Shown: positions 12,701-27,700 of the stretch, piece by piece
Position numbering within the stretch: the stretch's first letter is position 1
Layout: the number at the start of each line of letters is the position of its first letter
NCBI GenBank assembly: GCA_013265495.1
Contig: MU058198.1
Location: 1,252,419-1,316,418, forward strand
DNA from: Vicugna vicugna
Taxonomy: Eukaryota
Length of the DNA: 64,000 nucleotides
Direction: 5' to 3'
Notes under the pieces: model-generated
The model's input: the letters and a program-made list of their open reading frames with translations, nothing else
Told to the model about the DNA's origin: nothing
Databases searched by the model: none
Position numbers and translations under genes: made by a program

Positions 12701-15700
12701 TTTCAATGCATCTAATTTTTGTTAGAAAAATGGAACGCGTTCAGTAAGCAAGGTGGAAACTGTCCCCGCCCTCGCGGAGCTAATGGCCCAGGAAAGGAGA
12801 CAGACTCATGTACAGTTAAAAGGAATATTCAGGAGACAAGCTTCGTGAGTCATTCATTCACTCAATACATATTTAACTGTCCCTTGCTCTGGTGTCAAGT
12901 ATCAGATAGATGGTAGTAAACTGAGTGTAAAAAGGAGGGATGGAATATTGGAGATGATGCTGCTTGTGTGCATGGGTACGTGTGTGCATAGAGTTAGTCA
13001 TCTTAAGTGTGTAGCTTGAAAATAATTTATCTGTGTTAAACATTTTATGAGTTGCTCATTCTGCTATAACAAAATCCCACAGATGGGGTGGCTTAAGCAA
13101 TAAATATTTATTTCTCATAGTTCTGGAGCTTGGGAGTTTGAGATCAGGGTGCCAGCATAGTTGGGTTCCTGGTAAGAACTGTCTTCCTGGCTTATAGACA
13201 TCTGCCTTCTTGCTGTAGCCTTGTAAGGTAGACACAGCGAGCCCTGGTGTCTCTTCCTCTTCTTGTAAGGGCAATAATCCCATCATGGGAGCCCCACCCT
13301 CATGACCTCATCTAAACCTAATTATCTCCCAAAAGACTTACCTCCAAATACCATCACAGTAGAGGTTAGGGGCTTCAATATATGAACTGGGAGCATAAAG
13401 CATTCAGTCCATAACAGACACCCATGTAACCACCACCAGATCGAGATATAAAACATTTCCTTCAATGCAGAAAGTGCGCGTACCCCCTCAATGTTATTGT
13501 CCATGCTTCATAACTTAATCATTATTAACCTGTATCACCAGAGAGTAATTTTGCTGCTTCTCGAGCTTCATATAAGCAGACTCATACAGTATATAATCTT
13601 TTATGCCTGGCTTCTTTCATTCAATGTATTCTCTGTGAATACTGCCCATGTTGCTGCACATATTAGAAGTTCATTTTTTTCAGTTGTTGTGCAGTGTTCC
13701 ATTCTGTGGATCTATCTTTTCTTTTTCCATCCTATTGTTGATGGGCATTGGGGTTATTTCCAGTTTGGGACTATTATCTGTGAGAAATTTTAAAGAATAA
13801 ATACAGAGTTGGTTTTTTTTTTTCTTGTGGAACTTGATGGGCCAACCATTAAATAAAATCTACAAACTACATGACCCTGAAGCAAGGAAGCAACGCAAAT
13901 GGGCTCATTTTTGCTTGCAAAGGCACATCCTATGCTGGACTTCATTTGTGATAGAGAGTTGGGCAGTTGCCATCCTGGGGCCTCCAGATCTCTGAAGCAG
14001 TTAATGGCTTGCCCAGATTTCTGTTTGGCTGGCAGTAGAGATCCCAGGAGCAAACTAAGGCACAGGTGACATCCTCAAAAGTCAGAAGATCAGGCAAGCT
14101 CTGGATTCTCTCAGGGCATTCTCTTTGAATGATTCTGTCATTATCTGCTTTAAACAAATTCTGACTCTGTCTCCTTTCAAAAAGAATTTGAAGTGGCTTT
14201 TGTTAAATATCACAAATAGGAAAGAAAAAAAATCATGAAACAGATGTAAAGTTATAAAACTTATTAAGAAAATATAGGCTGGAGATGTGGAGTGGGTGGG
14301 TGGAAAGACTAAGGAGAGTACAGCAAATAAGTAGATAATTGCATGTTGAGCCTCCTGTCAGGCAAGGCAGTAAGGGAAATGGGATCATTTTCACATCTTA
14401 TATCAGTACACCAGGAGCACCCAGAGGAAATAATTGCATGATTTGATAATATTAATAATTTCCCCTAGATATTTTGCCTAGACCACTCTTTGTAATAAAT
14501 TCTGCACAAAGAAAAGCATGGGATCGATGTGGTGTTACTAATGGTTAAAAGTATAGGCTGCAAACGTTGGTTCCGCTGCTTGCTGACTGACTCTGGGCAA
14601 GTTACTTAACCCTCCGTAAAGAAGGATGCTAATGCAAACTACGTGAGGTTATTATGAGAATTGAATGAGAGAGCACACAGCCTGGCACGTATTCAGTACT
14701 AGCTACTGCTCAGTAGTACTTCTCAAATGTCTACAGGTGCTTTTAACTTTTGAAAACACTTTTCTATGTGAATTATGTCCCAAAAATATTTTAGGGAAAA
14801 TGCAGCTGGAATTAATCTATTGTAAAGCTGGTCCAAGGAGGTTAAGGACATTAACCAAGACCACACAGCCGACTTGGAACAGCAGCTGGTCCTCCCTCGG
14901 TGACTAGGAGTTTATGTAATTCTTGAGGTGTGCTTATGAGAGCAAGTCATTCAGTTGGCAGGAATAGGCAATCTGATTTGACGAAAATGTTCCAAATCAG
15001 TCCTTGACCTTTTCTCTATAATGATTAAAACAGATGTGGTCATTTCTCTGTCATTTTTGGCTTGAGACTTCATGAGAATTGGGCTCACTTGGCCTGAAAT
15101 AGACATAGCCTAGAAGCTAGGGTTGAAGTCCAGGCGTCTACAGCTCCATAGCCCACACCCATAACCACTGTGCTACCAATTAATTTTTGGCATCTGACCT
15201 GCTGGTGGGTGTCTCAGCTAGCTCTCTTCCTCCAGGTGCTGTCCACCTATCCAATCAACAACATGCTAGGCGCACCCCTTATTTACCGGATGTTGCTGCT
15301 ACAGGACCTTTCCAGGTGATGGGGTTTGAGGGCTTTTGAGTCTCTGATTTACTGGCTCATCCTCCTGCCTCCCTAGTCTGTCTGACCCCCTGAGCATGCA
15401 TAGTCTCCCTGAAGCCGAACTCATTGTCAAAACACCCAGAATCCAGCTCTCGGCCTGGGCAGAGTTGGATGCAAGGGAGGCTCAGGGAGAAGCACTTACC
15501 TCTCTTCTCTTCTTCAGCTACAAGTTCCCACATCTGCAGCACTGCTTCAGCGGAGGGGAGAGCCTCCTTCCAGAAACTCTGGAGAACTGGAAAGCCCAGA
15601 CAGGACTGGACATCCGAGAATTCTATGGCCAGACAGAAACGGTACCTGCTCTAGAAAACCAAGAGCTGGTGGACCTGGTGGACTTCAAAGGCTCTCTGAT

Positions 15701-18700
15701 GATAAAAATACGAGCCACCATTTACCATGCTCTTACTCAATTAGTATTTCTTGAGCACCTACTATGGGATAGGTATTGGCAATTCAGCAGAAATAAAACA
15801 GGCAAAACTCCTGTTCTTATGGAGATTATATTCTATTGGGAATGGGGGAGAAAGATATAAACTAATAAATAAATGACAAGCCAAGCAGGTGAGGTGAGGT
15901 GAGGTGGGATAATGGCCTGGTATTTCAGATTTGTTCGTCAGGAAAGTCCTCTGTAATGCGGTAACATTTTAGTAGAGACCTGAGTTTATCAAATGTGTCA
16001 GGCACTGTACTAAGCTGCTCAGATGGGAATGAGGGCTAGGGAGAAGTCCCCACTGAGACCCCTCACCTTACCTGCTGAGACATCTTGGAACCCTTGGGGC
16101 CCCATGAGCGCAATGTGGATTCATGTTGCCCTGTTCTGTGCCACTTACCAAAGCAACCTGGGGAAATATGTCTCCTCACCTCCTTTCTTCAGTGCCTCTT
16201 ACTTGTGACTCTCAGTACGAATCAGCTCCTCCTCTCCACTCTATTACTCACATCCTTTTATGGTTAATGGGTCCCCTGGCCCATTAGAACTCCTAAGAGG
16301 GTTCATGGCAGCACTGTGATGTGGAAGAACTTTGCAAGTATGGGTTAAGACAATGGAGTTGCAGCAAGGGCTTCCGGCCATTCACAAGAGTCCACGTCCT
16401 GGGATGCTCCTTTGGGCACTAAGGTCTCTGTAGGAGAATTCATTTCAGCATTCAAGCAGAGCTGTCCCTCTTATGGGAGGTAATTGAATCCTATACAATT
16501 TTAAAGGATTTTAGTGTCTGTGTTCCCTTAGGAAAGCATGGCTCCCTCTAAAGAGACTGTAATGTAGTTGTTAGTTCCTCTTCCCTGGGGAGTGGACGAT
16601 CAGATTGCTTTCCAAACACATTAGTGAAACTTCTAAGATGGCAGTTCCAGACAAAGAAAGAGAGAGCCAGAGAAAAGGGAGAGAAGGAACCACCAAACGT
16701 GAGCCAACTACACCTGATCTGCTGATTTTTTTTTTTCTGTGACTTTATGACTCCTCCTGAGGTTTGTTCATCTGTCTACTGCTTTCCACAGGGACTCACT
16801 TGCAGAGTTTCCAAGACAACAAAAGTCAAACCTGGCTGCATGGGAACCGCAATTCCCCATTATGATTTGCAGGTTTGTTAGGGGTCCCAAGGAGGGAGGG
16901 AGGGAGGGAGTATACTAAATTTTCAGTAATTTATTACATTGTGCATTGAGGAAAAACAATAGAAAGTGAAGGTATTAAAATAATATTTTAAAAGAAGGGA
17001 AGGAGGAAGGGAGGGAGAGAGGGAGGAATGAAGGAAGGAAGGAAGGAAGGGGAAAAAAGAAATTATTCATATTCTTATCATCCACAGAAAATCACTTTGA
17101 ATAGCTAGCAAATTAATTAGCTAGTTAGTTGCATAAATATACACATTTTTAAAACAGAAATGGGGGTGAATCTTGACATATCATTTTGTAACTTAATTTT
17201 ATCATTGCGCAACCTTGGATGATCATCTTTCCAGGTCAGTTAATACCTAGCTACAGCACTATTTGTAATGAGTACATAGTAGCAGATAGGATGACCTCAC
17301 CATTCTTTATGCCTTTTGTTAGTTCACAGATGATTTCTAAAACTTTCACTAGTAAAGTCAACACTGCAATGAATGTATCATAGCTAAAATTTTGCTCTTT
17401 TCCCTTATTATTTCTTTGGGCTAAATTCCAAGAAATAGAATTTGTGTGTTTATGGTTACACGTATCTAAAGTGTAACAATCCACATGCTATTCATCGTTA
17501 TGTGTAATTGCTTGTCCCCGTCTCTGATGACAACTATTTTCGAAGCCCCCTTTTTTAGTACATTATTTCATTCTCACATAATCCTGTGAAATAAGCCATA
17601 ATTATCTCTGTTTTACAGATGAAGACACTGAGACGTAGAGCTTAAGTATCTCAAACTCAACTAAGAAGGTAGCAGAGTCATAATTTGAGTTTTAATCCGT
17701 CTGAAGTCCAGTCTGTCGCAGGCAGATGGATTAGAGATTTGGGCTTGAAACTCTTGGCTTTTCTTGGTTTCTGATTCTTGTTTTCGGTCACCATTGGAGT
17801 AAGAGGGTCTTCCACCTTTCACGTTGCCAGTCAAGCCGTCTTCTGTTTTGCCAATCATTCTTCCAATCTGCTTCTTCCTCCAGGTCATAGATGACAAGGG
17901 TAACGTCCTGCCTCCTGGTACAGAAGGTGACTTGGGCATCAGGGTCAAACCCATCACGCCTATAGGCATCTTCTCTGGCTATGTGGTGAGAAACCCATGC
18001 TCATTCACCTCCGTCTCCTGGTCAGAATCGTGGGCTCTGAGATGGATGTGGGGCAGGTAGAAGGGGAGTGTCCCAAAGTTATGTACCTCCCAAGAGGTAT
18101 TGGTGAGAAATAGGGACAATGGGTGTCTAGTGTCTAAGAATGGGCACTTTGACAAGTGAAAAGACTGGCTATTCACTCCCGCTTTCCTTAGCTTATCATT
18201 AAGACCCCACTTGAAGAATTATCTTTCTCCAGTAACCCTTTTCCAGCTCAAGAGCTCTTCTGTGACAGAAAGCGTATTGCCCCTGAACTCTGTACAACTG
18301 TATTCTCCCAAGGGAAGCCCTGCTCCCTCCCACAGGTACCATCCCCCTGCTCTATGCCACTGATCTCCTTTAAAGCCAAAGTTAGACACTTCACATTGAG
18401 ACTTCGCCATAAGTTGAAAGCATCCCTATCTTCAGATCTTGGAATATTAAGAATAGATGATCCTCGAATCCAACTGCCTCACTATATGGGTGAGGATGGT
18501 GAAGTTTGAGAGATGATAAGACTCATCCAAGTCCACTACAGTGAACAATGGTCAGGAAACACCTCAAACACATTCTTTTGATGCCAAGAAGATTAAATAA
18601 TAAATTAAATAATCAATCCAATAGTAATAGTAGCTGCCATTTATTGCATGCTTACCGCATGGCTCTAGCACTCATCTAAAGCAGTCACATACATTAAAGT

Positions 18701-21700
18701 CATTTAATCCTTCTCACTACCCTGTGAAGTCCTCAGAGCCAAACTACCTGAGTTTAGAACCCTACTCCACTTTTTGCTGTGTGACCTTGGACAAGTTTTT
18801 GATCTCTCATGCCTCAGTTTCCTCACTTGTAAAATGTGTATTATAATATCTCAGAGAATTGTTATAGATATCTACAGGCAGAAATATTTGTGAAACACTT
18901 AGAACAGTGATACATAAGTAGGTAAAATAAAAGAATAGTTGTAGAGCCAAAATATCATTCCCATTATACAGATGAGGAAAACTGAGCCTCAGAGATGAAG
19001 GCACAGCCACACTGTGCACTTCAAGTATTTCCTGTGCACTGTTCCACTCTGTTCTCACAGCCAGTGAGGTAGTTAAGGCATAGGTTTCCCCATATTCAAC
19101 AGAAGAGGAGACAGAATCAGAGGAGTTGGCAGATTTAGCTCCAAGGCCACAGAGTTAATGCCAGCAGGGGCTGCACAGTGGTCAGGAGAAAAAGTCAGGC
19201 TGGTGGTTAAGAGATCTGGCTTCTGATCTCAGCTCTGCCATCTGTAATGGCTGTGTGGTTGTGGACTTGCCTCTTGACCTTTCTGATCTTCAGTTCCCCT
19301 ATCATCCTAATGAAGGAGCTCTGCTATGAATTCCTTGTGCCACTTTTAAACCCAGTGACCAAACATCCAATCTGGAGCTCACATCCCCACACTTGAACAA
19401 TATATAAAGATGCTCTGACAAGGGACAAACCTCAAGCCTTCTCGCTGCTCAGGAACAAGTGCCCCAGCTGCATAGAGAGGTCCAGCCATTATAGAAATAT
19501 GCACATTGACTGCAGCCCTGGGGGCTGGCTGGTATATCTCTAGAACTTTCAAACCTAACAACCTGGACCCAAGAAAAAAATATCTAATAAATCTTGGTGC
19601 CCTTGAGCGGTGTTGTGGAGTGGTGTCATGGAAGAATTAGGGAAGGTGGAATCAGTTGGGGATAATGCCCTAAAGTGTGGGTAAATGAATGTATCAATAT
19701 TATCCACCAGGTTGGACCCAGGGGAGCTGATGAGAGACCCTGGGTGGAATAAATAAAATAAATGAGGAAGTTTCAGTTTCACCTAGGGGCTGGGGTTGGC
19801 GGGTTGAGGGCAGTCCCATCATGTGTGAAATGAACAATCTGCACAACTGGTCCTGTCAGCCCTGGGGCAGAGGATTTAGGCTTTGTAGGTACAATGACTG
19901 TCTTTCTGTGATTACCAGGACAATCTTGAGAAGACAGTAGCCAACATTAGAGGGGACTTTTGGCTGCTGGGGGACCAGGGAATCAAGGATCAAGATGGAT
20001 ATTTCTACTTCGTGGGGCGGGCAGATGATATCATTAACTCCAGCGGGTAAGCTTGGTTTCTGGGCTGGAAAGGGTAATCTGGATCTTTATTCTATCTGGT
20101 TCTAGACCTTTGGGGTGAGCTAGAGGTTGAGTGTGCAATCTTCTCTGAAGGGGAGGTTCTTCTGCAGGTACCGGATTGGGCCCTCAGAAGTGGAGAATGC
20201 CTTGATGGATCACCCTGCTGTGGTTGAGGCAGCTGCAGTGAGCAGCCCGGACCCCTTCCGAGGAGAGGTGATGGGGGAGCTGTAGCCTGAGGGTGTGCAG
20301 ATGGTAGTTAAGAGTATGGACTCTGGGGATGGATAGTCTGGGTCCAAATCTTGGCCCTGCTGGTTTACTAGCTGTGTGTCTTCAGGCAAGCTACTTAGCT
20401 TCTCTGTGCCTCAGTTTACCATATGTAAGATGAAGGGTTCTTGTGAGGATTAAATGCATTAATATTTGTAAAGTGTTTGAAACAAGGCCTGGCATGTAGC
20501 AAGTGCTAAATAAAATCTATTATTGTGGGACTGCCGGGATTCTATCCTGTTGTTTCATATTTGAATCAGAATCTGATCCCTGAACAGAATAGAGGAGGGA
20601 TCTGAGCCAAGAATTACAGCCCTTGTGCCATGGGGCTAAAGTGAGAGTAGGGGAAGAAGAAAGACCCCTTTAATGCCAGGGCTAAAGAAATAGACCCAGG
20701 TGAAATTTAAAGGAGCTTGTTGTATGTGTAGGGAAAGGTTAAAGAGGAGAGGTGTGGATAAATGTCCAAGTATATTTCGGCAGGGTGAAAATTAATAATA
20801 TCGTACCTTTGGCAGGTGTGGGACATAAGACCATGGAAATCATAGGCTCCACCAGGCATATGGGGCCCAAAACCCTGGGTGCCAAGCACTGAGCTAAGCC
20901 ATGCTGTATATGATTTCTTTTTACTTCCCATGAATTTAAGTATGAAAACTGGATTTCTATTTCACAGATGGGCAAACTAGCTTGAAGAGGGTAAACAAAT
21001 CATTTAGTCTTATTGTCCTTAATCTTTACTTTTTTTTCTTCTCTTATAACTAGTTTCTCCCCATTGCTCTCTATTGCCCCTGGGGTATGAGGTGATCCTG
21101 GTCTCAATCTTGTAGATTGCCCTACCTGTGCATGCAATAAACAGCTTGAGAGTTGGAACCTTGGCCATGCTTGTCCCCAGTGTCTCCCTTTCCCTTACCC
21201 AAGCTACCTGGAGGTGAAAATGAGGGGATAGGAAGGTGGTGGCTATGGTGGAAGTCTTAACACTGGTTTCACGTTATCTCAGGAGATGGCAATGCGCTCT
21301 GATTCTTCTCCCTTGGCTCTCATCCTTGCTGCAGGTAGTGAAGGCATTTGTGGTCCTGGCCCCACAGTTCCTGTCCCATGACCCGGACCAGCTCACCAAG
21401 GAGCTGCAGCAGCATGTGAAGTCGGTGACAGCCCCGTACAAGTACCCAAGGAAGGTAAGGTCTCTGGAATCCCATGCTCCTCCAACTTAAGGAAGGAGAG
21501 ATGGTTCTCTTCTTATATTTCTCTTTTTCAGGCTGAGGACAAAGCCTCAGATCTAAAGTTCTGCCTGATTATGACCAAGAAAGTCCAAAAAGGATAATCC
21601 AGTAACTGTCTAAATGCCTAAAATTGGCTTCAGTCTTTAATTCATTCTCAATTGAAAATCAGATGCTTCCATGGGAACAAATTCTAACCAGTACCTGGCA

Positions 21701-24700
21701 TATATTCCCACTCTTGGCACTGAGGTTTTGTTGTGTTATTCAGGATTCTATCAGTTGCAAGTGACAGAAATTCAACTTGAAATTTATTGCTTACACAATT
21801 GAAAAGTCCATGATGGGAGAAGCTTTGTTGTATCTGGTACCAGGCATTCAAATGTTGTGGGCAGGGGTGTCTTTCATCTCTTGACTCTTGCTTTTTCTTT
21901 ATTGGCTTCATTTCTTGAAGTGCTCTTCCTTTGAGAGGGCCCCCAGCATCTCCAAATATATATATATATATTAGCAACTTAGATAATCCCAATGGGAAAA
22001 AAAAACCGCATCTTTTCCCCCAAAGGCACCAGCAAAAGTCTCCAAGTTGATTCTGATTGGACCAACTTGGGTCATATGCCCATGGTTAAATCAATCGCTG
22101 TAACCAGGGGAATGGGGCACTCTGACTGGCCAGTTCTGAGTCATGTAATCAGCCTTGGCAAGAGTGCAGGAAGGATGGGAGGGAGGGCTGCCCTACACCC
22201 ATGTAATGAACTGAATGAGGGAGGAGGGGCTCCCCACAGTAAACTGAAACTGCTCTTACCAGAAAAGGCAGATGGCATAGAATGCATGATACCTGTTTTC
22301 AGCTGTTTTCATTCTGGGGCAGGGAACTAAGGCACGGAGGTTGGTGTGGAAGGAGAACCCAGTTTTTGGAGCTGGGTACAAGACAGAAGCTTGGTCCAGG
22401 GAAAGAAAAACATATTTTTGTGTCCAGGGTAGAAAGAGTCTTCTATAACCCACATTCTCACTGATGCTTTGTCAGCAATGGCAAATTGTCATAGGTGAGT
22501 TTTCTGAGAAGCAAATTCTGGGAAGGAGATTAGCATGCAAAGGTTTATTAGGGAGTGTTTTGGGATCAGCACCTGGAGAAGGAAATGGAGTTGAAGGGAG
22601 AGAAAGGGCAGATGTTATGCAAAACAGACTGTTGGATATTTCTCCAGCAAAAAATGCTTTTTTTCCCAAGATCAGCAAAGAATTACAACTATGGCAAGTC
22701 ATATGCTAGTCCACCTGCAGCAAGGAGAGGTGGAAGGAATTCTTGAAGAGGAGAAAAGGAATTTGAGAGGGCTATAATAAATAGAGTCCAGTGGAGGAAC
22801 TGAGAGTTCAAAATTTGCACTGTATTTTGAACTCTATTGGCTGAGTTGTAACAGTTGCGCATTGACTGAGCTCTTGCCAGGCAAGAAGAGGAAGTTTTTC
22901 TTCTTCCTGTTGGGCTCCGTTATCACCATGAGGCACGAGAGCTCCCCCTGCTGGTCTCCCAACTCTATTTTAATTGAGGTTACTGTTTATTAAGTCTCTT
23001 ACATTATCAAGATCGTATACACTGAGGATCATCTAAAACATTGTATCATCATCACAGGTTTGGTGATAGTCTTCCACCAGGCCTGGTCCAGGTATCTTGG
23101 GAAAGCTTTCTTGTCAGATGTCATTTGCTTTAATTCCAGGAAATGTTTACTTTCAGGTCACCAGATAGGCAGATCCAGGCAGTGTTTGGTGCTTTCTATA
23201 GCAGTGTCACATGAGTCTGAGAGTCTAGTCCCTGGAATTTGGCAGCACAAGAGCTGGTTAGCAATACCTGATAGGAGAGTTTCCAATGGGTTTGAAACAA
23301 ATATTTTTCTGGAGGCATCTTTTTCAATAGACAAAATCTCCAGGTTGCAAGATGTGACGCTCAAGGTCCTCATTCCTTGAGTATGCTCTGTGAAATGATA
23401 TTGCTCTACCAAAACATGGCCATTTTTAATAAAAGCAACTTGGCCTTTGTAATATTGGAGTATCTCTCCTTTTATTAGTTGTGGGTCAAAAGAGGCAGTA
23501 ACCAAAAGAGGAGTTTGGTGTGCCGTGGCTATCTCAAAGAGTGAGAGCTTGTGAGTTCCAAAAGGTGTGGATCTAAGATTTAGAAGGACCAGCGACAATG
23601 CTTTTGGCCACAACATTTGGAAGGCCTCTACAAACTTTGCCAACTGAGTCTTAATAGTGTTGTGAGTGTGTTTGAGTAAACCAGAAGATTAAGGATGGTA
23701 AACACAGTAAAAGTATTACTAAAACCGACCAAACAGGGCAGACCCGTTGAAGTGCCTGACCAGTGAAACAGGCTTCTCAATCACTGTGAAGTTCCCGAGG
23801 CGTCCCGCAAGTAGGGGTAATCATTTCCTATTATATTAACCGCAGAAGAAGCAGTCGCTTGTCTGCAAGGAAAGGCTTCAGTCCAGTGTGAAATATACAG
23901 GCCACGACTAAAACATATTTATATCTATTAAATGGATGCAGTTCTAGTAACTCCATTTGCCAGACCTCAGATGACCCATTAGGCAATTTCAAATCCAGGA
24001 GCAGTAGAAACAGGCTTTCCTGGGTTGTACTTCAGACACATGAGGTAGGCGAGATAAACCTTGTTTTTTGTTTGTTTGTATTTTAGCCTTGTTAATGTTT
24101 CCTCATCAATATTGATCCATAAAGGCTATCATTTTGTCAGCAGACCAATGGCTTAAAACATGTACAGTGGTAAGGACTGGGAAATTTAGAGTGGCTGGAA
24201 GGACTGGGTTGTCCATTGGTCCAAACCAGAACTTTCTCTTTTTATCAAACCAACAATTTTTGAATTTCCCATCTTGTTTTCCTTTTCTGAGGCCAATTGT
24301 TTGGCTTCTTTAGCCAGTTTTTCTAAATTACCATTTTGGGAAATATTCCTGGACCATGACAGAAGTTTGTCTGCTTCGGTCCCTTTAAGACCAGCATTCT
24401 TTGCAGAAATATCAGCAAGGTGATTTCCTCTTGCTTCCAGAGACTCAAGTTTAGAATGCCCTCAGAATCTTAATAATAGCTAAAGCGGTAGACAAAAGTA
24501 TTGCATTCAGTAATTCCTGAACTTAGGGGCCATTTTTTAATTTTATTTCCTCCAGAAGTAAGGAAGCCACATTGCTTTCACAATATTCCAAAATCATGAG
24601 CTACCCCAAAAGCATGTCTGCTATCAGTATAAATGTGGGCAGTTTTGTCCTTGGCTAAAGTTCAAGCTCATGTAAGAGTGTAGAATTCCGCCTGTTGGGC

Positions 24701-27700
24701 AGAAGTAGCCATAGGTAAAGATGCTGCTTCAACAACATTAAAAGGGGTTGCAATATAGTGTACCCAGCACAATATTTGCCCATTGCCACCTTTCAAATAA
24801 GAACCATCAGTGAACTCTGAGAAGTCAATGTTACCCGATGGAATTTCCTGTTGACCGTAACGAGCAAGGAGATGGTTCACCAGCTCTAAGCAGTCATGAA
24901 GGACTTCACTGGTGACAGAGGGGAGAAGAGTAGCTGAGTTGAGGTCACTACGATGGAAAAGAGTTATGAGAGGAGCAGTTCATGAAAGGACTTCATAGGA
25001 GGTGAAGCAGCTGACTGAGAAATGTTGGGTGTGATGAAAATTCAAGAGCTTCTACTGCGTAAGGTACAAAAATAGTTAAAGGGAGTCTTACAATGATTTT
25101 CTCAGTGGCCTTCATCAAAAGGGCAGTGGATGTCATAGCACTAAGGCTAGGGCGGTGTCCCCATGCCACAGGGTCCAGTTGTTCGCTATAATATCCTATA
25201 GGTTGGTGCTGGTCTGCTTTTCAGTGAGTACCCCAGGGGCATTCCCTTCCTTTTCACATACAAAAGGGGGAAAGGGACTCTGATCATTGGGATGCCCAAG
25301 GGCAGGTGGATTGATCAAATTCTCCTTTAAGGCCTTGAAGGCTACGTTATCTGTTTCTTCCCATAAAATTGGGCCAAGGTTGTTATTCTTGAGTAAAACA
25401 TACAGAGATTTGGCCCATAAGAAAGAAATTTGGCATCCGATTCCAGCAATAACTAACTAGCCTGAGAAAACCTCACAGTTGGCACTTAGTTTTGAGTTAT
25501 GGGAAACTTAGGACATTATGAAGTCTACCTGGATCCAAGCATAATCTTTGCTCTGATATCAGATGGCCTAAATATCAAATCATAATCCAGGCAAACTACA
25601 GTTTTTTCCCTGGTGACCTTAAGTCACCAAGGAAAAGTGGACGCTATCTTCCTGTGAAGAGACTGAAGAAGGAGAGTAAGAAACAGAGCATCTACAACAA
25701 AGTGCAACCCGTAGGGAACTTTGTACCATCCAGATCAGTCTTCAGGGTGTGTGAGAATAAAATTCGGAGGCATTACTGTCTAGGAAAATTGTTTTTCTTC
25801 CCAAGTAAGGCAAAAGGCAGCTTCATCATCTGGGGTACTAAAGAATGTGCTGCCTAAGTTAATTATAGTAAATAAATTGCTTCCAGTGGGAATGGATGTC
25901 AGTAGTGATGAGGGTTAGGAGCAGCAGGGTGTGGAGGGATACCAATGTAGTTTATTGCTTGCAGGTTCTGGACAAATCTCCACCCTTGGCCTTTAGGTGT
26001 TCCCATTGGTCCTCAGGGACTAGTACAAGGTAATGAGGCCCTGAGCCTTATCATCTTCTGTGATGGACTTTATGTCTTGAAGCGCTTCTTTACTTTGGGA
26101 TATTGATTAATTCTGGGAAGAAGTTTTGAGGGATCTACTTGAATCTGGATGGGAGGCATGCTGTGAATTTTGCAAATAACTTGTGGAGATTTTGCTCATA
26201 AGGAGGGTGGTAGCTGGTACAATATAGGGACCAATGATCGGTGTTTCCAGAACCAGCTCTAGTCCTATCAGAGACAAAGCAAATAAAAGATGTCAAAGGA
26301 TCATATAACTCATGTTTAATGGCTGCTCTGATGACCACTGTCAAATTCCAGACTTATTTTTCCCTTTGAGAAAGAAATTCTGACGTGAGACTTTGCTAAG
26401 AAGTTCCAGCCTAATAAATGGATAGGGGTAGAGGAACTAAGGCGAAAAGCATTAGTATGTCTCAAAGAGAACAGGTTCAGAGATGGGAACCCCTAAAGGT
26501 TCACTAGAGAGTGCGCTATTTGAGCTGTTCTGGTACTCTGAGACAAGGGTTGCTTGATAGTGTGGTTGAGCACTGAGAGTGTGCTCCTGTGTCAGTTGGG
26601 ACTAGAAGTAATTCAGCCCAAATCTGCAGAAATGTTTCTCCAGCTGATTAAGAGGGAGGACTGGGAAGAGCCCATGGGGTTCCTCAGAGCCCCATCACTG
26701 AGATTTGGGAGAACCTTGGAAAGGTTGGTTGGAGGGCTGAAGGTGCCTGAAGCACTTAAATTTGTGACAATCGCTTTTCCGATGTCCTGGCTCATCACAA
26801 TACTAGCACATTAAGAGGGTTTTATTTTTGTCTGAGAGGCCTTCATTTGCTGGAGTTACAGATTAAGAATTTTGGTCATCTTCCTTCCAGGCCACAGAGT
26901 GTGAGAAAGCCGGTTTACTAGGTTAACTAAATCTGGAGAGGACCTAGTTCCCCATTCCATCCAGGTCCTTTTTACTAGCAGTGCAATGTCCCAGTTCAAC
27001 TCATTAATAAACATAAGAGTTAAAAGCTACCCCAGGTGGAATCAACAGCTAAAGGAAGACCAACGTTTTCTTTAAAAATCATCTGAAGTTGATCGCAATG
27101 GTCATGAACAGATTCATCAGATATTCGTGTGCAAGCTTAAAGTTTGTTCCAATCAACAAGCTTCAGGAAAGCGCTAGGAATTTCTCAGTCAAATCTAGTC
27201 TCATAAGTAGGTTAGCAGATCATATGATGAATTAGCGGACTGTTCTTCTGGTTGCAATTCTAGGGATCGCTCAGGATTTTCCCAGTTTGCAGTTTTTATC
27301 CAATGCTGGACCTGGCCTTCACTGACAAGCATATGAATTAGCTGATACAAGTTGGAGAAACCAGATTGAAAAGTTTGAATTACTATATTAAATTCATCAG
27401 CAAATCTGTGAGAATCTTTGGTTACTTTGGGAAAATCTTTGAATATGGCTCACAGTTCAGCAAATATAAGAAATTAAGGGTTTGGCTTCTGGATCCTCAG
27501 AAAGCTTAATTTTAAAGAGATCGGTTCTGATCAATTCAGAGGAAAAGGGAGTGAGGAGGATTTCAGAGAAAAAGGGAAGTTTGGTGAGAGAATTAGCAGG
27601 GGGCAACTGAGGGTATAGTGGAGGTGCAGGCAGAAAGGAAGGAAGGAGGAAGATGGTATGAAATGGGGCCTGAGCACTAGGGACTGAAGAAGACAGACGA

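Noticed and set aside
15396..15860. 154-aa ORF
   Set aside because: ACSM2 exon 7 read through into intron on both sides; only 15518-15641 is homologous to ACSM proteins.
20161..21340. Acceptors immediately followed by GT (cag|gtac, cag|gtag) as recursive splice sites
   Set aside because: The GT is dictated by conserved codons, the introns are short and the donor consensus is poor.
23158..23643. 161-aa minus-strand ORF as a possible domesticated gene
   Set aside because: It is a fragment of the ERV integrase C-terminus that drifts out of frame; the surrounding pol has many stops and frameshifts.
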